A stretch of 64,000 nt of DNA, from assembly GCA_009859145.1 (NCBI GenBank), contig VRVR01000015.1, forward strand, positions 49,417 to 113,416. The letters are read 5' to 3'. The first letter of the stretch is position 1, and each line of letters begins with the position of its first letter. This DNA is from Andalucia godoyi And28 (lineage: Eukaryota > Protista > Jakobida). The position numbers and the translations under genes are program-made. Shown here piece after piece: positions 51,068-61,983 of this stretch. The notes beneath the pieces were generated by a model that searched no databases, was not told where the DNA came from, and was given only the letters and a program-made list of their open reading frames with translations.

Positions 51068-52228
51068 ATGAGTGACAGACCTGATGCGGGAGCACTGACT
51101 GCAATGCTGCGATCCGCAGGAAAGATAGGCTCGGATGTGTCGGTTGTCGATGCAGTGTGGGGCCCAATTGTTGGAGGAGCGACGTCGCAGGTGTTCCGCG
51201 TGGGCCTGCGCTATAGTTCCGAGGCTCCCGGGAACTCACCACCGTCAACGATTGTGGTCAAGCTGGGTGCTGTGAATACGCCTCTTGCGTCATTCGTGGA
51301 GACGGTGTTCCAGCCTCTGCTTCGTGAATCTCTGTTTTACTCTTCTTCGGTGCCATCTCTGCTTCCTGCATTCCACCGAGCCCCCGAATGCCTCTACTGT
51401 ACTAATCCAGAGTCGCTGCAAAAGGTACAAAGCGATGCGGAAAAGTCCTTTTGTCTTGTTATGGAAGACATTTCCGGCGAGAAGTGGATCAAGTGCAGTC
51501 AGGAAGCCGGTGCCAGCTATGACGAAGCGCGACTGGTGATCACTGCACTGGCTCGTTTCCACGCATCCTTCTGGGCAAAGTCATCGGTGGAAAAGGATGA
51601 ACTCGTAAAGAAGCATTTCCAGGGCTGGCAAGCACCGGAAGAGTGTGCCAAGGCTGCGCAGAATGTCTATGCATCCAAGCTGAGCGGCCTGCTGGATATC
51701 ATCCGCTCGGCACCAGGATGCACCAAGGAAGCGGCTGATAAATGCTGTCATCTGCTCTCTAATTTTGGTGCACGGTATGTAGAGTACCAAAAGTCTGCCG
51801 ATGCATTGCTTCCAGCAACGCTGCTCCACGGAGACAGTCGGTTTTCCAACTTTTTCCTGGCAAGCGACGACAGCGGAGTCGTTGTGTGCGACTGGCAAGG
51901 ATTCTCCGTGGGAAATTGCGGCGCGAACGTTGCATACTTCCTTGCAGAGTCTGTCAAGACTGAGGTGCGGCAGCAGCACGAACAGGAATTAATGGAACTG
52001 TATGTCCGCGAGCTCCATGCGACGAATGCTGCGACGCAAGATTTCTCGTTTGCAGATTTTCGCAAAGACTACATGGTCGGTCTGTTGGTGATTTCATTCT
52101 TCCCCGTACTGTGCGCCGGATACTACAACCATTCACAGGAAGTGAAGGCGATGATAGATCGATACGTCAACACGCTCGGTCTCCACATCGATGAGGTTTC
52201 TGCTGCCGTGGACCGCATTCTCTCGTGA
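51068..52228 (+). CDS. Aminoglycoside-phosphotransferase / ecdysteroid-kinase-like small-molecule kinase
   Basis: IVVKL, RESLFY, LVMEDI, LARFHASFW, TLLHGDSRFSNFF (Brenner-type HGD..N), VCDWQ; start at ATG 51068. Confidence 0.85.
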   Translation: MSDRPDAGALTAMLRSAGKIGSDVSVVDAVWGPIVGGATSQVFRVGLRYSSEAPGNSPPSTIVVKLGAVNTPLASFVETVFQPLLRESLFYSSSVPSLLPAFHRAPECLYCTNPESLQKVQSDAEKSFCLVMEDISGEKWIKCSQEAGASYDEARLVITALARFHASFWAKSSVEKDELVKKHFQGWQAPEECAKAAQNVYASKLSGLLDIIRSAPGCTKEAADKCCHLLSNFGARYVEYQKSADALLPATLLHGDSRFSNFFLASDDSGVVVCDWQGFSVGNCGANVAYFLAESVKTEVRQQHEQELMELYVRELHATNAATQDFSFADFRKDYMVGLLVISFFPVLCAGYYNHSQEVKAMIDRYVNTLGLHIDEVSAAVDRILS

Positions 52229-52384
52229 AGCGGAGTTATTGCTGGGCGGCCGCTGCCGTCCACTGAATTCCACATAAAGATTTGTTTGGTACTGGTTTGG
52301 TCTCTCTCTCTCTCTCTCGCGCGCGCGGTTGATTGTTACGTGTTAAGAGGCTGAGTATTCGTTTTAATAATAGCACAATGACAA

Positions 52385-52415
<31 letters not shown>

Positions 52416-52833
52416 GGACCGGGCACATTTCCTTTTTCCTATTTTTTTTTTTTTTTTTTTTTTGGTGGTTATTATTATTTTCTTCTTCTTCGAAAAAACA
52501 CATCATACATCCGCCCGAAAGAGAAGTGAGAATGAAAAGACAAAGGGCGGATTCAGCAACACCTAGAAGTGGTATCTTTTTGAGAGACTTGCTAGACAAA
52601 CGCAGGAGCCTAACAAAAGAAAAGGCCAAGAGCACCTGTACAAAACGGACGAGAGAAAATTGGCGAGGAAAACAGGGGAAGTACAAACAACAGAAAGAGG
52701 AAAAGAAAAAGAAAGAGGAAAAGAAGAAAAAACGGAAATCAGAAGAAACTACAAACACAAAACACATCCGAAACCAGAGTAAGCAACGTCACTGTCAAGG
52801 GTCATTGTGAGCTTTCGGAGCAGCGGCAATGCA

Positions 52834-54168
52834 TCACCGTAAATACGCAACAATGATGGAGATGTTGTCCGTTGAGCCTCGCTCCAAACTGCACTTCATA
52901 ATATACTGCGCAGCTTCGGTCGCACTCATCTTTTTCTGGTCGCGGGCTTTGACAATTAGTTCGCAAACCTCCTGGTCTTCCATGACGTCCCACACGCCAT
53001 CACACGCAACGACGAGCACTCCACCTGGACCAGTAATTCTTGCTTCTTGCACATGCGGCTCAGCAATAACCCATTTCTTGAGGCCGAAATCGCCGAGAGC
53101 ACGGGTGACCAGCAGCATGGCATTTACACGACCATTCAGCACCAAACCTCCGTTTTCACGAACACGCAAAGCTTCCGATTCCAACGACCCCTTGTGGTCT
53201 ACAGTCATTCGAACTGCAGTTCCATCGCGCTCAGGAAGCAACACAACCCTCGCATCTCCCACGTTCCCCGCATATACGCTGCGTCCGCGGACATAGGCAA
53301 CGGCTGACGTTGATCCTGTGAGCGAAAACTTGTCATGGGATTTCTTCAGATCCGCATCCGTGTCCAAATGCGCCTGTTGCAGTGCTTCCAACGGCGATTT
53401 GTTCTTATCAAGATGGGTCTGCACATGGACGTCCAAAATAGTGGACGCCATTCTCGCCACCTCCTCACCTCCGTGTCCATCATAAATGGCCAAAAAGGCA
53501 GCGTTATGATCCTTATTGAAGGGCTGCTTGATTGTGTGTGCATCCTCCATTGTTCGACGGAATCTTGCATTCTGCTCTTCGGCAAAACCAACTTCGCAAA
53601 CTGCGCAAGCCTCCATGGATGTTGGAGACCCAGAGGCGGTCGGCGAAGAGCTAGAACGACTCATGCTCTTGCGGCTCTCGCCATTTCCATCGTCGTCTAC
53701 TGCGATCGACGGGCTTGACTGTGCATAATGTACAGAGGTAGATGACATTGCCTTTGTGGTTCGTGAATCTCTCGGGTAGGCAGACACTGAAAGCGACGGT
53801 GCAAAAAACGATGATTTAGGAGAAGAAGATGAGGACGACGATGCAGATGACTTTGGAGACGTAGACCGGGATTTCGGGGAAGTGGGACCAGACTTGGGAG
53901 ATGATGACGATGTGGAGAATGAGCGCGCGAGCGTTGGAGAGCCTTTTGGAGACACCGATAGATTCGAAGGTCTTGACACTCCAGCGGCTTGCAACGGGGG
54001 AGGGAAAGTGGTAATACTCGCGGAAGGTGACGAAGGAGTTAATGACGACCTGAGCTCGATGCGACGGGTAGATTGAGTCGGCGAACCAGCAGAAACAGTC
54101 TTGTCAAAAGATGAAGATTTCGAAAGGCGGACAGCGTGGGATGGAAAACGAGGATCAGAAGAGTTCAT
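52834..54168 (-). CDS. PP2C/PPM protein phosphatase with a Ser-rich N-terminal extension
   Basis: RRTMEDAH, AIYDGHGG, GSTSAV, GNVGDARVV, VTRALGD, VACDGVWDV, GSTDNIS. Confidence 0.95.
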   Translation of the reverse strand: MNSSDPRFPSHAVRLSKSSSFDKTVSAGSPTQSTRRIELRSSLTPSSPSASITTFPPPLQAAGVSRPSNLSVSPKGSPTLARSFSTSSSSPKSGPTSPKSRSTSPKSSASSSSSSSPKSSFFAPSLSVSAYPRDSRTTKAMSSTSVHYAQSSPSIAVDDDGNGESRKSMSRSSSSPTASGSPTSMEACAVCEVGFAEEQNARFRRTMEDAHTIKQPFNKDHNAAFLAIYDGHGGEEVARMASTILDVHVQTHLDKNKSPLEALQQAHLDTDADLKKSHDKFSLTGSTSAVAYVRGRSVYAGNVGDARVVLLPERDGTAVRMTVDHKGSLESEALRVRENGGLVLNGRVNAMLLVTRALGDFGLKKWVIAEPHVQEARITGPGGVLVVACDGVWDVMEDQEVCELIVKARDQKKMSATEAAQYIMKCSLERGSTDNISIIVAYLR

Positions 54169-54568
54169 ACAACGTATACCTCGGCTTCTGCTTCTGCTTC
54201 TTCTTTTTCTTTCTTCCTCTCAAATGAAACCGCAGAAAGCAAACCACCAAGCAACCTTGACGAAGAGTAATAATTAACCACAAAAAGACACCTCGAGGAG
54301 AAGATCGAACACGTCACAATGAATGTGTGTATTGTCTGAAGTAAAGTAACTACCAAAGAGGCAAAACAAAAACAAAAACAAAAACAAAAAGACACGTAGT
54401 ATTACAGAAAGCACACCAGACTCCAATAACCGTGTAGCAAGATAGTGAGACAAGCAGGAAACAAGGATCGTGGACAAATGTACGCGATTTCTATAACGGC
54501 AACAAAAGTCGTCAAATTCACGAACGCTGGAAAGGTGTTTGTAATGTGAAACAACTCCAGAGACAGAC

Positions 54569-54599
<31 letters not shown>

Positions 54600-54770
54600 C
54601 AGAGAGGGATAAGTGTTTTGAAAACCTCACCTGCTGCTTCTTGTTTCTTCTTCTTCTTCTTCTTTTTCTTTTTTCCTTCTTGTCTTTATGAGGGGTGCAG
54701 GAGAGAAAAGAAGAAGACGAAAGAAAAGAAAGAAAGTACAGTGTAAGACGAAAACGAAAAAGAAGAACCG

Positions 54771-54803
54771 AACGAAACGAAACGAAACGAAACGAAACGA
54801 AAC

Positions 54804-54865
<62 letters not shown>
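54771..54865. repeat. Compound (AACGA)7 + (AG)n microsatellite in the PP2C/CYB5R divergent spacer
   Basis: Direct read. Confidence 0.93.
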
Positions 54866-54868
<3 letters not shown>

Positions 54869-55324
54869 GTCAATTGGGGGCATCTCTCCTTGGTGTCGGG
54901 GGCTTGTTGTGTCAGAGCTCAAACAGAACAGAGCAAACAAACAAGCAAACAAACATCAAGTGGGCAAATTTGTCAGTCCCTGTCAGACTGTGACAGTTCC
55001 CCCCCCCCATCCACCCCAATAAAACTGCATCATTCTAGAAAGTTGCCTCTTGCATCAACTCGTTCGTCTTTTTTTTTGTTTTTCCTCCGACTTCTGGAGG
55101 TGTTCGCGCTCTCGTTGGCAGTCTGTGCCTGATGAAGTTGCACGTTGGCTTCGTTCTTGCCCTTTTTTTGATTTCTTTTTGTTTTACACAGGTTTCCAAA
55201 AGGGAAAAACTGAAGTGGAAAGAAGAAAAGAAACTACAGAAAGAGAAAGGAAAAAGAAAAAATAACAACAACAACAACAATAATAATAATCATCAAAGGG
55301 GGGAAATAAGAAAGGATCATAATA

Positions 55325-56218
55325 ATGGAGTTGATGCAACAGTTTCTTGATTTTCCGACTTTGGCCATTGGTGCCGGTCTCGTCTTTGCAGTGTACAAGC
55401 TTGCACAGAAATCCGGACCAAAGGAGTCGTCGTCGTCGTCGTCGTCGTCGCTGTTGACGGGGGCTGGTGCGGTGAAATGCCAGTTGTCGGCGACTGAATT
55501 CACAAAGGTAGTGCTTACAGAAAAGATTTCGCTTACCACAGGAGTTGTGTGTCCTGTTACACTGTACCGATTCGCGCTTCCGGACTCGACAAAGCCGCTC
55601 GGACTGCCTATTGGGAAGCACATTTCGACTCGGTTTGTGAGCGCGGATGGTAAAGAAGTGATGCGGTCGTACACGCCGACATCGTCTGATGACGACGTTG
55701 GGCATTTCGATCTTGTGATCAAGGTTTATCCGACTGGTGTGATGTCCAAATACATTGACTCGCTCAAGATTGGCGACACGCTGGATGTCCGTGGACCGAA
55801 GGGGTCTTTCCAGTACCAGAAGAATGCGTACAAGAAGATTGGCATGATTGCTGGCGGTACTGGAATCACCCCCATGCTGCAGATTGCGCGAGAGATTCTC
55901 AAGCACAAGGACGACAAGACGCAAGTGTCACTGGTGTTTGGAAACGTCACTGCCGATGACATCATTCTCAAGGACCGGCTCGACAAGCTTGAGGCGGACC
56001 ACCCCGATCGCTTCCACGTGCACCACGTCCTGAATAACCCACCACAGGGATGGACACAAGGGGTAGGCTTTATCTCCCAGCTTGCCATCAAGGAGAACTT
56101 GCCCGCCCCAGGAGATGGAGTTCGCATCCTCATGTGTGGCCCGCCGCCCATGCTCAAAGCCATGGAATCGCACCTCGAATCACTCAAATATCCAAAGGAA
56201 TCCATCTTTAACTTTTAG
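55325..56218 (+). CDS. CYB5R: NADH-cytochrome b5 reductase
   Basis: N-terminal anchor; LGLPIGKHI, RSYTP, GVMSKY, GPKG, GMIAGGTGITPMLQ, MCGPPPM. Confidence 0.96.
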   Translation: MELMQQFLDFPTLAIGAGLVFAVYKLAQKSGPKESSSSSSSSLLTGAGAVKCQLSATEFTKVVLTEKISLTTGVVCPVTLYRFALPDSTKPLGLPIGKHISTRFVSADGKEVMRSYTPTSSDDDVGHFDLVIKVYPTGVMSKYIDSLKIGDTLDVRGPKGSFQYQKNAYKKIGMIAGGTGITPMLQIAREILKHKDDKTQVSLVFGNVTADDIILKDRLDKLEADHPDRFHVHHVLNNPPQGWTQGVGFISQLAIKENLPAPGDGVRILMCGPPPMLKAMESHLESLKYPKESIFNF

Positions 56219-56592
56219 GCTGGCCTTGCTATTTGTCTGGATGCGTGCGTCCCATTGTAAATCCCTTTGCTTGTGTCTTTTGGGTCTTTTTTTTTGTGAC
56301 TTTGTGAATTGACTTTCTATATTTTTATATATATGTATATACATACAGATATATTTTTTAAAATACAGAAGAACACAGTTCTCGATTATTTCACCGATCG
56401 TAGCGCATGTCTGTGACCCATTGCGTTAATATGCAGTTTGGACGAGTCCTGTTTGCAGAACTTGTCATTCTCGACGACTGTTATATTTTCTTCTCCATTT
56501 TAATTATATTTTCTTTTCTTCGTTTTCGTTTTATCCATTTTCTTGTGCTGTTGCTGTTCTTCGTTGAGAGAGGGAGGTGGCGACGAAGGAGA

Positions 56593-57687
56593 ATGAAGAA
56601 CGCGGCGGTTGCAGTGGTGATATCGCTGGTATCGGTGCTGGTGTTGTGTGTGGAGGGCAAGGTGCCGTTTGCATGCAAGCCTCTTGCACCTCGATCGAGC
56701 CCTGCGACGAGTGTGTGGGATCTTCGTGCGGATGACATCCGAGTGATTGGGACGTTGGGAGACTCGATATCTGCTGGATTTGCAATGCACGACCATTTTC
56801 TTGTGGATGGCCTATGGGAGTACCGTGCAGATGCGTTTACGGTTGGAGGAAACCCAGGTGCAACGACGGTTCCGAACTTTCTAAAGGCGGTTTCGCAGGA
56901 CGGGAAGCTTCCTTTTGGAGCTCCCGAGCAGTGCACGCTGCCGTTTGATGCGATAAAGTGGAAGGACAAGATCATCCAGCCGTATGACCCGGTGTCGCTT
57001 GGAGACGTGGCGCAGTCGATGGCGAAGATCGCTGCGCTGCCTGCACAAGTGGACTATCTCTATGGATTCATGAAGAACCACTCGCATGATTTTGACATGC
57101 AGAAAGACTGGAAAATGATTAATGTCTTGATCGGTGCAAATGACTTGTGCGTCAGCTGCGACCCGGGAAGACAAGACATCACGCCCGAAGCTTTCCAGCA
57201 AAAGTACGACAATGTCCTGACGCTCCTCAACCAGAATATCCCGCGTGCGTTCGTCAACATCATGACCCTTTTCAACGTGTCTCAGGTGCAGCGACTTGCA
57301 CAAAAGTCCGCATATTGCATGGAAATTCACAAGCTCTTTGACGAGTGTCCGTGCGCCATCGGACCAAATTCAGGTCCCGAGTCATGGGCGCTGATGGATG
57401 CACACACGGCTGCGTACAATGAAAAGATGTATGAATTGGAAGCGAAATGGGCCGCAAAGGGGCTCGCGGAGTTTGGAGTGCGAATCCAGCCAGTCCTCGA
57501 AAACCTGGACTTGCCCGACTTGTCCTATGTCTCCAATCTCGACTGCTTCCACCCCTCCGCCAAAGCAAACGAGCAAATGGCGATGGGCCTCTGGAACTCG
57601 TTTCTCAGCCCTGTAGACAAGAAGCCACGCGGAATCGATCCAGATCTCAAACTCATCTGTCCCGACGAAACAACTCGTCTCCAGTAA
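56593..57687 (+). CDS. Secreted GDSL/SGNH lipase, phospholipase B1-like
   Basis: Signal peptide from ATG 56593; LRADDIRVIGTLGDSISAG, DWKMINVLIGANDLC, DCFHPS. Confidence 0.9.
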   Translation: MKNAAVAVVISLVSVLVLCVEGKVPFACKPLAPRSSPATSVWDLRADDIRVIGTLGDSISAGFAMHDHFLVDGLWEYRADAFTVGGNPGATTVPNFLKAVSQDGKLPFGAPEQCTLPFDAIKWKDKIIQPYDPVSLGDVAQSMAKIAALPAQVDYLYGFMKNHSHDFDMQKDWKMINVLIGANDLCVSCDPGRQDITPEAFQQKYDNVLTLLNQNIPRAFVNIMTLFNVSQVQRLAQKSAYCMEIHKLFDECPCAIGPNSGPESWALMDAHTAAYNEKMYELEAKWAAKGLAEFGVRIQPVLENLDLPDLSYVSNLDCFHPSAKANEQMAMGLWNSFLSPVDKKPRGIDPDLKLICPDETTRLQ

Positions 57688-58575
57688 CACTCTCTTCTTA
57701 TTTTCCCCTCCCTCGCTACTCGATTATTGTTATTGATCATTTTGTCGTTCTCATTCTCATTATTATTGTGTGATGTTGGGTGAGTCGCAGCCCAACCCTC
57801 ACCTTGGGTGTTGGGTTGGTTCGCTTTTTGTGTGCATGTGCATGTGTGTGTGAATGCTGTGCATGTTTATTTGTAATAAAAATCTCAGGTAAAGTTTTTT
57901 TTTTCTTCAGATGTTACAACAGCATGTTATTAATTCTTGTTTGGATCCGAATTTGGGCGTCTACATTGAACACTAATCCACGGATAATCATCGCTGATCA
58001 CCCATCATCAATGTTGCAACCCAGCATGCATAGCATGATTGGGAACGGCGTAGGCCCCCAACACGCCCCTCGGCATGAGAGACGTTCTTACGATAGATGC
58101 TGCGTTGCATGGACAATAAAAATAAAGAATAAGTAATGAGCGTCACTGTGCGAGAATACAGCGCCGCGGCGTGTTTTTGGTTTGCGTGCGCCTTAGATTG
58201 CTTCATCATATCGCAATAAGGGGCAGCGGCTCTTTTTCCTTATTTGAGAATCAAGGCAAAATTGTCAGTCGGAGATGTCGGCCCAAACCGCCGTGTCCGA
58301 CAAATGCATACGAATTCTCCGCTAGTGTTTTAACAACATTATTTCCCCTATCTATCTATCTGTCTATCTATCTATCTATCTATCTATATATATATATAAA
58401 GTATAATTGAATGTACTATTTTATATTTTCCCTCGGTTCTTTTATTGATTCGCTTCCAGATCGATCAGCTTTTGGTCTTTTTGCGTACAGTCAAGAAATA
58501 AAAAAAAAGACTGTGTGAAGGTAGGACAGGGTTAAGGTTTAGGGGGTTAGGGTGTTTTGCAACTGGCGATCGGCG

Positions 58576-60648
58576 ATGACGCCCAATCGATCGTCTCGCG
58601 AAACGAGACGAGCACGTATCAGGAGTTTGCACGACCGGTTTCTTCTTTCGCCATTGGAAAAGTTTAAGCAGTTCGGGAAGCTGCCTTACAAGATGATACT
58701 TCATATCCTGTTGGCTGCCTTCTCAACTACACTGTGCATTTTGTTTGCGGCGTACCGAAATCCCGTGAGCTTCGCGCAGCGAGGCGCATTTGGAGTGTTG
58801 TTCATGCCGTCGGGCTCATTGCCGCAGATTGATACCGGCTATGGATCTCCGACGTATGATTTTGTAACCACGGAAGGCTTTCTCTCTCATCTGCAGTTTG
58901 TCGTGGCCTCGTACTACTCACTGAATGAGGTGTCGCCGGATCTGTACACGCTACTTGACAGTCCTGCAGATGGCCTTCGGCTGCAATTGGAACTGTACCG
59001 CGACGTGAATGTCCGCGATATCGACTACACTCGTGGAAAAATTGATCGAGACCCGGATACCGCGGACTTCATGCTTACGCCTGGGAATATGGGGCCGTTC
59101 AACATGTCGAATGCACAGGGTGTGAAGAGCATGTATCTCGATCGCATGATTGGAGCGAAACTCAAGTTCAGCCTCTCTTCGACAAACCTGTTGTCGTGGA
59201 TACCAACATGCATGGAATGGCATGTGACGTTTATCTATGACTTTTCGCAGCGGGGAGGTTCCATCCGCCTCTTTCTGGACGTTGACCGTCTCTTTTGTAG
59301 CCACGTTCCCTCGGATGTTTCGGATCTTTCCAATATTCCCACCTTTTGGATTGCACTGCTTGCGATCCTCGTGGCGTTTCTTTCCATCTGCTTTTCGATG
59401 CGGCGACTGTGGAAGTTGCGATCCGTCAAAAAACAGTTTCCCTACATCCCTTGGAGACTTATCATTGGACTCATGGATATGTGGATCGTCTTTGCAATAG
59501 TCTCCTCGTTGATGATCTTCATTTCTTCCTGTTTCCTGATTTCGTCGCTCGCCTACGAGTTTGGAGATGACGAAGCCGTGGCGTTGTTGATGGGATTCGG
59601 GTGCCTTTGCTCCTGGGTCAATCTCGTTCGCTACTTTGAGTTCTCTCCAAAGCTGTACATTCTCATCTTGACGCTCCGTCGCGGAATGCCGAACGTCCTG
59701 CGATTTGTGTTTGGCGTGGCGCCTGTTTTTCTCGGATACTGCATCTTTGGCACCATCGTCTTTGGCGCCTACGTGCATGCCTTTGAATCCATTGGAAGTT
59801 CCGCCGTCACTCTGTTTGCGGTTTTGAACGGTGATCGGATCTGGGACACGTTTGCAGATATTTACAACATCAACCCTGCCCTAGGTGTCATATCCCGCAT
59901 CTATCTGTATACCTTCATCTGTCTGTTTATCTACGCGGTGCTGAATATCTTCATCCACATCATGGAAGAGGGGTTTTTCTCTGCGAAGGAGGATCCGCAT
60001 CCGCACAATCGCTTTGAGAAAGTCGTCAATCGGATCATGTCGACGAGAGAATCCATGATCGCTCCTCCATTGCCCGGAATGGAAATGGGTTTGGAAGCTG
60101 AGGACATCCTGCTTCGCGACTTGCAGAAATCAAAAAGGACTGGGAACCACACGTACGGCGGGACCAGGGCAGGCAGGAAAAAGGTATCGAATGATGCACT
60201 CTCACAGCCTCTCATGGAGGCCTCTCCATCCAGCGAGCTTCATGACGGAGCTGAAAGAGGTGTTCTTCGTCGTGGTGGTGGTGCTGATGATGATGACGAC
60301 GACGATGTTGATGACAATATCGATGTCAAAGAGTCCGAGCGTGGTCGTCCGCTTCGCAGCAGTGCCGCATCGGTTGTCCATGACCCAAGCAAATTGTCTA
60401 TAGATGCCGCTCTCCAAACGTTGGAGCTCGTGCAAATGCAACTTCGCAAAGTCCACTATGGAAAGGGTATGTCCCAGGAGGACAAGTTCAACCTTGCGAT
60501 GCTTCTCAATCTTTCGCAACGATTTTGCGACTGCAGAGGCCACTCAGATCCAGCGTCATCCACATCCAGCTTGTCCGATACTGCTGCTTCGTCGACTGCA
60601 ACCTCCAGCATCATGGCAACCAGCGCCACTGGCGGAAGCAGTCCGTAA
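58576..60648 (+). CDS. MCOLN: Mucolipin (TRPML) cation channel
   Basis: SPLEKF..GKLPYKMILHIL before S1, large S1-S2 luminal domain, WVNLVRYF, LTLRRGMPNVLRF, pore TLFAVLNGD, LNIFIHIMEE. Confidence 0.9.
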   Translation: MTPNRSSRETRRARIRSLHDRFLLSPLEKFKQFGKLPYKMILHILLAAFSTTLCILFAAYRNPVSFAQRGAFGVLFMPSGSLPQIDTGYGSPTYDFVTTEGFLSHLQFVVASYYSLNEVSPDLYTLLDSPADGLRLQLELYRDVNVRDIDYTRGKIDRDPDTADFMLTPGNMGPFNMSNAQGVKSMYLDRMIGAKLKFSLSSTNLLSWIPTCMEWHVTFIYDFSQRGGSIRLFLDVDRLFCSHVPSDVSDLSNIPTFWIALLAILVAFLSICFSMRRLWKLRSVKKQFPYIPWRLIIGLMDMWIVFAIVSSLMIFISSCFLISSLAYEFGDDEAVALLMGFGCLCSWVNLVRYFEFSPKLYILILTLRRGMPNVLRFVFGVAPVFLGYCIFGTIVFGAYVHAFESIGSSAVTLFAVLNGDRIWDTFADIYNINPALGVISRIYLYTFICLFIYAVLNIFIHIMEEGFFSAKEDPHPHNRFEKVVNRIMSTRESMIAPPLPGMEMGLEAEDILLRDLQKSKRTGNHTYGGTRAGRKKVSNDALSQPLMEASPSSELHDGAERGVLRRGGGADDDDDDDVDDNIDVKESERGRPLRSSAASVVHDPSKLSIDAALQTLELVQMQLRKVHYGKGMSQEDKFNLAMLLNLSQRFCDCRGHSDPASSTSSLSDTAASSTATSSIMATSATGGSSP

Positions 60649-60675
60649 GGAAGTGTCTCTCGCTCTGCCATTGAG

Positions 60676-61557
60676 CTAGTAGGACGACAGCCGGCCGTTG
60701 CGAATCACATATCGTCTGCGCTGCGGTGGTGTCCGCGACCGGTGTCCTCCATCCTCAGAGTAGTGCACAGACCAGTATCCGGCGACCCAGACGTAGAAGA
60801 TCCCGACGATAAACCCCGAAGCATGCGCCACGAATGAGATTGTGGGATCCAGGAGCGTCAGCATGGCGATCTGGACTGCGATCGCATGCAAGCGACTGTT
60901 GTGCGCCACGAGGTCCCAAAGCCCTGTTCGCGACCGCTGTGCCTGCACGGCGTAGGCTCCCGCAAGCGTCATCATCGCAAAAAGTACTCCAGAAAGCCCG
61001 ATTCCGCACGAATAAAACTCGTTGTAACTTGATATGGCGAACAGCAACCACGAAAGCACGGTATGCACGAGCGCAATGCAAGGAATCGACAGCAGCACGC
61101 TCAGGAAAAAGGGCCACGAACCCAGCAAATCTTCCACGAGCACACCTGAATGCAGCAACGATCCCATGTTCGAGAGAAGATGGCCGATGTTCACATGGTG
61201 GAACACAGATCCAAATGCCGGCAACAAGACCGAGGTCCGCCATTCGTCCATCAACCTCGTCCTATGATGGGGGTTCGTCTGCTTGTACTGCAAGTCTGAA
61301 AGAGACGATGATACCGCAGAAGCGACCTTGAATGGACAGAACAAGCTTGACTCAAAGTCGGGAACGATGGGAATTGGAATGGGAAGAGGTGATATGAAAT
61401 CATCCGTATAGACTGCAAAGCAAACGCATGCGATACCTAGTGTGACCCAGGGAATGTGGCGGTTCGGTCCGCGATCCGAAAGCAGCCTTCCCACAATCTG
61501 TCCGAACATGAGCAACAAGTACGGTGCTTCTCCTGCATGCTGCCGTCCTCTCCGCAT
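60676..61557 (-). CDS. Rhomboid-family intramembrane serine protease (RHBDD1/RBL14-like)
   Basis: FHHVNIGHLLSNM, catalytic GLSG, SFVAHASG; start may be the ATG at 61509. Confidence 0.88.
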   Translation of the reverse strand: MRRGRQHAGEAPYLLLMFGQIVGRLLSDRGPNRHIPWVTLGIACVCFAVYTDDFISPLPIPIPIVPDFESSLFCPFKVASAVSSSLSDLQYKQTNPHHRTRLMDEWRTSVLLPAFGSVFHHVNIGHLLSNMGSLLHSGVLVEDLLGSWPFFLSVLLSIPCIALVHTVLSWLLFAISSYNEFYSCGIGLSGVLFAMMTLAGAYAVQAQRSRTGLWDLVAHNSRLHAIAVQIAMLTLLDPTISFVAHASGFIVGIFYVWVAGYWSVHYSEDGGHRSRTPPQRRRYVIRNGRLSSY

Positions 61558-61580
61558 CCCTCCACAATGACCGTTACAAA

Positions 61581-61757
61581 ACAGAACAGAACAGAACAGA
61601 ACAGAACAGAACAGAACAGAACAGAACAGAACAGAACAGAACAGAACAGAACAGAACAGGAAAAAACGACGAAACGAAACGAAACAACGAAACGAAACGA
61701 AACGAAACGAAACGAAACGAAACGAAACGACAGAAAAGAAAAGAAAAGAAAAGAAAA
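61581..61757. repeat. Composite pentamer array (ACAGA)~16 / (GAAAC)n / (GAAAA)n
   Basis: Direct read. Confidence 0.94.
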
Positions 61758-61983
61758 AACGCGCGACACATCATCAACTTCAAGTTTTCTCAATTTGGAT
61801 AAACCTCCGAAACCATTTCTTTTTATCAGTTCTTTCAAGACTCGCTAGCATCAAAGCCGTGCTCGGTTTAAAAAAACCTCCGACAAAAGGGTGATGGGGG
61901 GGTTCCTTTTTTAGCCTCGTATGCGCCAAGCACATGCTTTTGGATTTTGCCAAAATTGATGGGGCGAATGTCCAGATCGGGAA

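Noticed and set aside
54274-55280. ORFs such as LSLSLS, ERERER and KRNETKRNE in this and other spacers
   Set aside because: Translations of microsatellites, not genes
61581-61757. CRISPR or telomeric array
   Set aside because: No spacers; simple pentamers unlike known telomere units, and located internally between genes
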